Part shown: positions 17,292 to 23,039 of the stretch, in pieces
How the letters are laid out: each line of letters starts with the position of its first letter
Position numbering within the stretch: the first letter of the stretch is position 1
Source: Candidatus Coprovivens sp.
Lineage (GTDB): Bacteria > Bacillota_I > Bacilli_A > RF39 > UBA660
Length of the DNA stretch: 23,039 nucleotides
Assembly (NCBI GenBank): GCA_051892935.1
Contig: JBJFGS010000015.1
Location: 1 to 23,039 of the forward strand
Direction: 5' to 3'
Position numbers and translations under genes: made by a program
The notes under the pieces: generated by a model
The model's input: the letters and a program-made list of their open reading frames with translations, nothing else
Database searches by the model: none
What the model was told of the DNA's origin: nothing

Positions 17292-19037
17292 ACTTAATAT
17301 TTTTGCTTCTTCTTCCAGTTTTTTCCAGTCGACTTTACCCATATCGGTTTTGGGAAATTTGTCTTTTATATATATGTTGTTAATCTTAACATAGCTCGCT
17401 GCTTTTTCTTTTAATACTAATGAAATCTTGTTTCTAAGCTCTTCTTGAGTAATTTGGTCTGTTAAAGTTACAAAACAACATGGGACTAGTGCTCCATCAT
17501 GTTCTGGATCTGGTTCTGCAACTATTACAACGTTATCTACCGAATCAATTGTCTCAATTAATTCTTCTATATCTAATGGATATACTTTCTCCCCTGTAAA
17601 TATGAAAATTACTCTTTTTTTTCTTCCTTTTATAAATACTTTTCCGTCTTCGTTTAAGTACCCTATATCTCCAGTATGAAGCCAGATATTTCCGTCAGAA
17701 TGCATTTTAAAAACTTCATTTATTTTATGCTCGTTACCGAAATACCCTACCATAAATGTACTTGATAACACACAAATTTCCCCTTCTTGACCATATTTCA
17801 ATTCTTCATCTGTTTCCAAGTCAAAAGCACTTACTATTGTGTTGACAAGGGGTACTCCGACACTTCCAGGAGCACTTGTGGCTCTATTAAACCTTGATGT
17901 TGCAGCTGATGAATTTTCGGTCATACCATAACCATAAGTCATACATGATTTTATATTATGTTCTTGTAAAAATTCTTCCGCTCTCTCTTCGAAATCAGTT
18001 GTTACACCTTCGCCACCTATTCCTAATGTTTTTATAAATGATAAGTCTTTTCCTTTCATCATTCTGCTATCCATTAATACATTTATTCCTGATGAAATAA
18101 GTGGCATATGGGCTGGTCTTGAATTCATTACAATTTCATCTATTTTATTTATATCGAAGTATGGTTCTAATACTGATAACATGCCGTAACATAAAGGTAG
18201 GTGACTCGATGATACAGCTGCGGAAGCTGAGAATAAGGGCCATAATCTGACCCAACGATCACCACATGAATAATCTATTGGAGAGTTTAATTGTTGTTGA
18301 ACTTGAAGATTGAAATTTTGGTCAGATAGTACTACACTTTTAGGTTTACCAGTTGATCCGCCTGTTTTAGCAATAAATAATGGTTCTTCTGGGTTTCTTT
18401 TGTAAATTGGCATTTCTGTATTTTCTGCTAATTTATCAAAATTTTCCCATGTTCTTAAATTATCTGATTTTACTTTACGTTCCCCAGTTATTGATGTAGT
18501 AACAATATCTATTGCAAAATTGTTAATTAAAGTATTTGGTTGTTGTAATATGTCATCTAAAATAAATAATTTTGTAGAATTAAATTCTTCCATAGTTTTT
18601 TCTACTTCTTGAAGTGGAGTGCCTGGGAAAATAAAATTCGCACATGCACCTAGTTGATCTATAGCATAAAACAAAAATACTTCTTCTGGACAAGCAGGTA
18701 ACATGATAGTGACAATTTCTCCTGGTTTAACTCCTAGAGCATGAAGAGATTTTGTTGTATCGTTAATCTTTTTAAATAACTCTAAATAAGTCATTTGCTT
18801 ACCTAAAAATTCAATAGCAGGTAAATGTAAATTATTGTTATTTAAAATTTTTAAATACTCTAATGCTGTTAATTCACGTGGAATAGGTGCTAGTATTTGC
18901 TCTTCTGTGTAGTATTTTAACCATGGCATATCAATACTAGGATATCCTGTTATTTCTCCTTGCATTTCTCCTAAAGCTATTTTTCTTCTTCTTAATTTAT
19001 ATAGTGCATCTTCATTGTATCTTATATTATTTATCAT
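17277..19037 (-). CDS. Class I adenylate-forming enzyme (long-chain acyl-CoA synthetase-like)
   Basis: AMP-binding P-loop KTGGSTGKPK, plus YGYGMTE, GEICV, HTGDIG, GRKK and the catalytic Lys in PKTDMGKV. Start moved to ATG 19037 (SD GGGGTG). Confidence 0.92.
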   Translation of the reverse strand: MINNIRYNEDALYKLRRRKIALGEMQGEITGYPSIDMPWLKYYTEEQILAPIPRELTALEYLKILNNNNLHLPAIEFLGKQMTYLELFKKINDTTKSLHALGVKPGEIVTIMLPACPEEVFLFYAIDQLGACANFIFPGTPLQEVEKTMEEFNSTKLFILDDILQQPNTLINNFAIDIVTTSITGERKVKSDNLRTWENFDKLAENTEMPIYKRNPEEPLFIAKTGGSTGKPKSVVLSDQNFNLQVQQQLNSPIDYSCGDRWVRLWPLFSASAAVSSSHLPLCYGMLSVLEPYFDINKIDEIVMNSRPAHMPLISSGINVLMDSRMMKGKDLSFIKTLGIGGEGVTTDFEERAEEFLQEHNIKSCMTYGYGMTENSSAATSRFNRATSAPGSVGVPLVNTIVSAFDLETDEELKYGQEGEICVLSSTFMVGYFGNEHKINEVFKMHSDGNIWLHTGDIGYLNEDGKVFIKGRKKRVIFIFTGEKVYPLDIEELIETIDSVDNVVIVAEPDPEHDGALVPCCFVTLTDQITQEELRNKISLVLKEKAASYVKINNIYIKDKFPKTDMGKVDWKKLEEEAKILSKKKQ

Positions 19038-19063
19038 TTTCAACACCCCTGTTAACTAAAATA

Positions 19064-19092
19064 AGTTTACACCATTTTTTTAGAATAAGCAA
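19064..19092 (-). promoter_or_regulatory. sigma-A promoter of the acyl-CoA synthetase gene
   Basis: TTGCTT, 17-bp spacer, TAAACT. Confidence 0.55.
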
Positions 19093-19115
19093 ATTTACCT
19101 ATATATTTTATAAAT

Positions 19116-19140
19116 AAAAAATAAGGCAAATGCCTTATTT
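19116..19140 (-). terminator. Intrinsic terminator containing the stop codon of the 19135 gene
   Basis: Minus strand AAATAAGGC-ATTT-GCCTTATTT followed by TTT. Confidence 0.8.
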
Positions 19141-19737
19141 ATGTAGTGTTTTTAGTTTTTCTTTTACTTTGTTTAATATTGAAGATTGTTCTTCTTTAAA
19201 GTTTTTATCATTTTCTAATATACTTAGTTCTTCTTTGTTATTTATTAATCTTAGTATATTTTGATATGATAATATTAGGTTTAAGATACTTACTGTACCT
19301 GTTAAAACCATTGTCGCTACTGCATTATAATAACCATTATCTACTAATATCATGCTTGTTAATGATGAAATTCCCATACCAATTGCTGCATTTGTACTCA
19401 TTGCTAAACTATTTTTTGTTTGTTTTATTCGATGTTTTATTTCATCTATTTTATCTTTTGTACTATCTTCTTTATCTCCGATTGATTCTAATCTTGATAT
19501 TTCTTGGTTATTTAATCTTGATTTTATTATATATCCTATTATGTATCCAGCCATTGCAACTGTTGTACTTATATTTTGGATAGCGATTAAGTCATTTCCT
19601 ATTACATAGTTTCCAATTGCTACAGTTGTACCTAAAGCTGCAGTTGCTCCTGCTAATGTAGCTAGTGTTTTATTTGTTTTTAAATCATTTTCTAATGATT
19701 TTATTTTATATTCATTGTAATTATTATTTGTTTCCAT
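19135..19737 (-). CDS. Hypothetical membrane protein, two tandem coiled-coil plus hydrophobic hairpin units
   Basis: 200-aa ORF with four Ala/Gly/Thr-rich hydrophobic segments, SD GAGG, and its own promoter and terminator. Confidence 0.82.
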   Translation of the reverse strand: METNNNYNEYKIKSLENDLKTNKTLATLAGATAALGTTVAIGNYVIGNDLIAIQNISTTVAMAGYIIGYIIKSRLNNQEISRLESIGDKEDSTKDKIDEIKHRIKQTKNSLAMSTNAAIGMGISSLTSMILVDNGYYNAVATMVLTGTVSILNLILSYQNILRLINNKEELSILENDKNFKEEQSSILNKVKEKLKTLHK

Positions 19738-19797
19738 TTTTTTCCTCTATAATCATTTTTTTAAGTTATCTTGTTTTTTTCCGTGATTGCGAGATTG

Positions 19798-19826
19798 ATT
19801 ATATAAAATTTATTCGGAATAGTCAA
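19798..19826 (-). promoter_or_regulatory. sigma-A promoter of the 19135 gene
   Basis: TTGACT, 17-bp spacer, TATAAT. Coordinates are accurate to within a base or two. Confidence 0.7.
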
Positions 19827-19835
19827 TTTTTGCTT

Positions 19836-20795
19836 TTAATTAGCGATAAAATTTAATATTAGTGATATAATTATTTCTTTTTCTTTGGGGTTTGATTCTG
19901 CTATTAGTAATGTTAATGCTGTTAAGGTGTTGTTATCTATAATTCTAGTGTTATTTTTATATAAAATGTTATTAAATTGAAGAAAATAAATAAACAATGT
20001 AGCTGCTACTCTTTTATTTCCATCGATAAATACGTGATTTTTTACGATTAGATATAAGAAATTAGCTGCTTTTGATTCGGCTGTATCATATACGTCTTGT
20101 CCATCGAATGTTTGATATATATCGTTAATTATTGATTCTAATCCTTTGTTTCTTTATAAAGCAAAGATATTGCTTGATTCATTAAATTTTAATTCTTTGA
20201 TAATATTAAGACATTCATTGTATTCTATTTTTAATTTTGATTTATTACCTTTAGGTTGTTTTAATGTCCTATGATCATAATCGTCTAGTAAGTCAAGTGC
20301 TTTAGAATAACTACCAATTACTTTTAAAATACTTTTTGCGTCGCTATCTTCTAATCTATCATCCATTCTATTTGCTATATCTATTAGTTTTACTGTTTTT
20401 TCTAAGTATTCTAGTCTTTTTTGATTGATTGCATATCCTTTTATCATATAATCTTTTAAAATTTTGTTAGCCCATTTACGAAATTCTATACCAGCTTGTG
20501 ATTTTACTCTATAACCAATTGATATAATCATATCTAGATTGTAATAATTCACCATATGAGTTTGGGTTTTGTTTGGCATAGAGCCGTGTTGAGTGGTTGT
20601 CGCAAATTTTGCGACTACCTCTTCGTTTTTCAATTCTTCATTAAGTGCGTTGCTAATATGTTTTCTGATTGTTTTATAATCTCTTTCGTATAATTTTGCT
20701 ATTTGATAAGCAGTTAACCACACTGTTTCATCTTTCATATTAACTTCTAGTTTTACATTTTGATTTTTAAATATTATTATTTCGTTTGTTTTCAT
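19836..20795 (-). pseudogene. RhuM-family/Fic-Doc fusion gene interrupted by one in-frame TAA at 20154-20156
   Basis: N-terminal RhuM motifs ETVWLT, YNLDMIISIGYRVKS and FRKWA. The same frame continues for 105 codons after the TAA: RNKGLESIINDIYQTFDG...KAANFLYLIVKNHVFIDGNKRVAA...LNFIAN, ending at TAA 19836-19838. Confidence 0.9.
20595..20619. repeat. Intragenic palindrome in the rhuM-like gene
   Basis: GGT-T-GTCGCAAA-T-TTTGCGAC-T-ACC, encoding VVAKFATT. Confidence 0.8.
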
Positions 20796-20851
20796 GTTTT
20801 CTTTTCCTCTTTTCTTTCTATTAATCCCTCCAATACCTCTATACGAAAATT

Positions 20852-20872
20852 ATTATAACATACATTTGTTCG
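20852..20872 (-). promoter_or_regulatory. Extended -10 promoter overlapped by a possible LexA (Cheo) box
   Basis: CGAACAAATGTATG (12/14 match to CGAACRNRYGTTCG) runs into TG-t-TATAAT. Confidence 0.45.
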
Positions 20873-20887
20873 TTTGAGCGATAAAAT

Positions 20888-20908
20888 AAAAAGGATTTTA
20901 CTCCTTTT
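20888..20908 (-). terminator. Intrinsic terminator containing the oxidoreductase stop codon
   Basis: Minus strand AAAAGGA-GTAAAA-TCCTTTTT (weak stem). Confidence 0.55.
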
Positions 20909-22448
20909 CTATTATTTTTATTGCTACTTTTATACCGTCTACGGCGGCGGAGGTGATACCTCCAGCATAACCGGCACCTTCACCACATGGATATATACCT
21001 TCAATGTTAGACATTAATTCTTCGTTACGAAGGATTGTTACTGGAGATGATGATCTCGTTTCTACTCCAGTAAGGATTGCGTCGGGATTAGCAAAGCCTT
21101 TTATTTTAGTATCAAAGTATAGAATACCTTCTTTTAAAGTTTCTGATACAAAGTTAGGAAGTATTTCTTGAAGGTTACATAAAGTGTAACCTGGTTTATA
21201 TGATGGGATTATACTACCGATATGAGTTGATTTTTTGTTATTTATAAAGTCTTCGACACGTTGAACTGGGGCATTGTAGTTACTACCAGCTAAAATGTAA
21301 GCTTTATGTTCTAATTCTTCTTGGAATTTGATACCTGCTAGTGGATCATCTCCTATAAAGTCATTTGTTTGTATATTAACTAGTAGTGCACTATTTGCAT
21401 TTTCTTTATCTCTTTTAAATGCTGACATACCATTTGTAACTATTGATTTTTCTTCACTAGATGAGGCGATTACTTCGCCTCCAGGACACATACAGAATGT
21501 GTAACAACTTCTTTCTTTTCCGTGATAGACTAGTTTATATTCGGCACTTGGTAAGTTTAGTTTAGTAATGTTACCGTATTGGGATTCATTTATCATAGAT
21601 TGTTTATGTTCGATACGTACTCCTATAGAGAAGTTTTTTCTTATCATATTAAGTTTTTTTTCTTTTAACATATATAGAGTATCTCTTGATGAATGTCCTA
21701 TTGCTAATACTAGGGTATCTGTTATAAATTCTTTATCTTCACATATTACTTTTATTTCTTGATTTTGTTTTATAAAGTTAATAAATTTGGTATCAAAGTA
21801 ATATGTTCCTCCTTTATTAGTTATATATTCTCTAATATTTTTTAAGATATTTACTAGGTTATCTGTTCCGATATGAGGATGACTTAAGTATGTTATTTCT
21901 TTAGGAGCTCCAAATTTATAAAAGTAATCTAATACTAGTTTTATGTATGGGGATGATATTCCGGTAGTTAGTTTGCCGTCGCTAAAAGTTCCGGCTCCAC
22001 CTTCACCAAACTGAACGTTACATTTAGTATTTATTTTAGCTTTTGTTTTATATTCTTCTACTATACTAATTCTTTCTTCGACACATGAACCCTGTTCTAT
22101 TATTATTGGTTTATATCCGTTATCAATTAATGTTAAGGCACAGAATAGACCGGCAGGACCAGAACCGATTATTATAGGTTGATAATTTGATTTACGATTG
22201 TGGTTTATTATAGGAGGTTGTTTTTCTTCTACTTTTTTGATATTTGGATATTTAGATTCGTTTGATACTTTGATATTAACTGCATAGTTATAATGAACGT
22301 TTGATTTATCTCTGGCATCGATAGATTTCTTGATTATGGAAAAATCTATTATATCTTGTTTATCAATTTTATATTTTTTTATTATCTTTGTTAGTAGTTG
22401 TTCTTCAGTTAAGTCTTCATATATTTTTATATTGTCTATTCTTAGCAT
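20898..22448 (-). CDS. NAD(P)/FAD-dependent oxidoreductase (COG2509-type)
   Basis: IIGSGPAGL Rossmann motif, FGEGGAGTFSDGKL, TFCMCPGG, ETRSSSP and GEGAGYAGGITSAAVDG. Start ATG 22448 after SD GGTGA. Confidence 0.92.
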   Translation of the reverse strand: MLRIDNIKIYEDLTEEQLLTKIIKKYKIDKQDIIDFSIIKKSIDARDKSNVHYNYAVNIKVSNESKYPNIKKVEEKQPPIINHNRKSNYQPIIIGSGPAGLFCALTLIDNGYKPIIIEQGSCVEERISIVEEYKTKAKINTKCNVQFGEGGAGTFSDGKLTTGISSPYIKLVLDYFYKFGAPKEITYLSHPHIGTDNLVNILKNIREYITNKGGTYYFDTKFINFIKQNQEIKVICEDKEFITDTLVLAIGHSSRDTLYMLKEKKLNMIRKNFSIGVRIEHKQSMINESQYGNITKLNLPSAEYKLVYHGKERSCYTFCMCPGGEVIASSSEEKSIVTNGMSAFKRDKENANSALLVNIQTNDFIGDDPLAGIKFQEELEHKAYILAGSNYNAPVQRVEDFINNKKSTHIGSIIPSYKPGYTLCNLQEILPNFVSETLKEGILYFDTKIKGFANPDAILTGVETRSSSPVTILRNEELMSNIEGIYPCGEGAGYAGGITSAAVDGIKVAIKIIEKE

Positions 22449-22483
22449 AGTAATCACCACGTATTTATTTTATCATATTATAT

Positions 22484-22509
22484 AAAAAAGAAGATAATAT
22501 TATCTTCTT
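22484..22509 (-). terminator. Intrinsic terminator containing the stop codon of the 22500 gene
   Basis: AAGAAGATA-(ATAT)-TATCTTCTT with a U-tract on the minus strand. Confidence 0.7.
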
Positions 22510-22910
22510 CTGTGTCTTAATTGTATTTCTGGATTCTCTTCTTTCTCTTCCATTACTTGAAATATAGGAAGTGAATCTTCATATTTTAATTCATCTTCTT
22601 GATTTGGTCCGTATTCAATACCTTTATTTCTTAAACTACTTCTGTAGTTTTCTATATTTCTTTGAATATTTTGATATTCTTCTTTCTTTAAATTTGCTCT
22701 TCTTGCAAATAACGCTGCTGATACTACTCCTGCTAGTGTTATTGCTGAAGCTGTTACTGTTGCTTCAGGATTTGAATACATTATTAATCCATCAAGCGCA
22801 ACTATTCCACTTAATACTGATATGTATGAAGCAGTTAAAGCTTGTTTTTTTGTTTTTTTTCTTTTAACACCTAAGTCAATTATTTGACCGGTCTCATAAT
22901 CGCCTTGCAT
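22500..22910 (-). CDS. Hypothetical membrane protein (hydrophobic hairpin plus coiled coil)
   Basis: 136-aa ORF with two Ala-rich hydrophobic segments, SD AAAGGA and its own promoter. Ends QLRHRRR. Confidence 0.8.
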   Translation of the reverse strand: MQGDYETGQIIDLGVKRKKTKKQALTASYISVLSGIVALDGLIMYSNPEATVTASAITLAGVVSAALFARRANLKKEEYQNIQRNIENYRSSLRNKGIEYGPNQEDELKYEDSLPIFQVMEEKEENPEIQLRHRRR

Positions 22911-22944
22911 AAAATTTCCTTTCTTTCCTTAATAGGCAAGATAA

Positions 22945-22973
22945 ATTCTATCACTTTATGAAAAAAAAGACAA
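22945..22973 (-). promoter_or_regulatory. sigma-A promoter of the 22500 gene
   Basis: TTGTCT, 17-bp spacer, TG-a-TAGAAT. Confidence 0.65.
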
Positions 22974-23002
22974 GTTTTGTGCGCTATATGATTATCTAAG
23001 TT

Positions 23003-23031
23003 TTGTCAAATTGTAAAAATTATGATATTAT
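23003..23031 (+). promoter_or_regulatory. Divergent promoter for a gene beyond the window
   Basis: TTGTCA, 17-bp spacer, TG-a-TATTAT. Confidence 0.55.
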
Positions 23032-23039
23032 AATCACGA

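Noticed and set aside
20154-20156. Stop-codon recoding in rhuM-fic or an alternative genetic code
   Set aside because: The codon is TAA, the commonest true stop in this window. TGA and TAG also terminate genes (murG, gatD), so code 11 applies.
2695-22460. ORF-track start codons for murT (2695), gatD (4073), ftsQ (7033), murG (9011), acyl-CoA synthetase (19046) and oxidoreductase (22460)
   Set aside because: These upstream TTG/GTG starts overlap or precede the SD sequence. Downstream ATGs have properly spaced SDs.
7139-22867. Plus-strand ORFs at 7139, 8782, 10740, 11133, 13318, 15493, 15982, 16360, 16663, 19266, 19352, 19665, 21568 and 22571
   Set aside because: They are antisense shadows of well-supported minus-strand genes, with no recognisable motifs and a composition typical of reverse-frame translation.
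22972-23006. Direct repeat AAGTTTTGT twice, 26 bp apart, between divergent promoters
   Set aside because: Short and AT-rich, and partly explained by overlap with the two -35 elements.

Overview
A very AT-rich chromosomal segment from a walled, low-GC Firmicute using the standard genetic code (murG ends in TGA overlapping the murB ATG). Gene content and compact intergenic spacing suggest an uncultured Bacilli lineage such as RF39 (inference only). The left half is mostly housekeeping: the 5' end of rpsB with its structured leader, ylmH, a murT-gatD pair and a murG-murB-ftsQ-queH operon, mixed with orphan genes. The right half is accessory: two paralogous 7TM hybrid histidine kinases and a stand-alone Hpt-REC protein form a complete His-Asp-His-Asp relay with no output domain. 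They are interleaved with an acyl-CoA synthetase and a PlsC-type acyltransferase. Also present are a decayed IS30 element not in the ORF track (terminal inverted repeats, 8-bp flanking direct repeat), a RhuM-Fic/Doc gene cut by one ochre codon, an FAD oxidoreductase and membrane-hairpin orphans. Most notable observations: GatD lacks both catalytic Cys and His; the phosphorelay/acylation cluster; nine terminators whose hairpin contains the stop codon; and a shared basic C-terminal tail on several accessory proteins.
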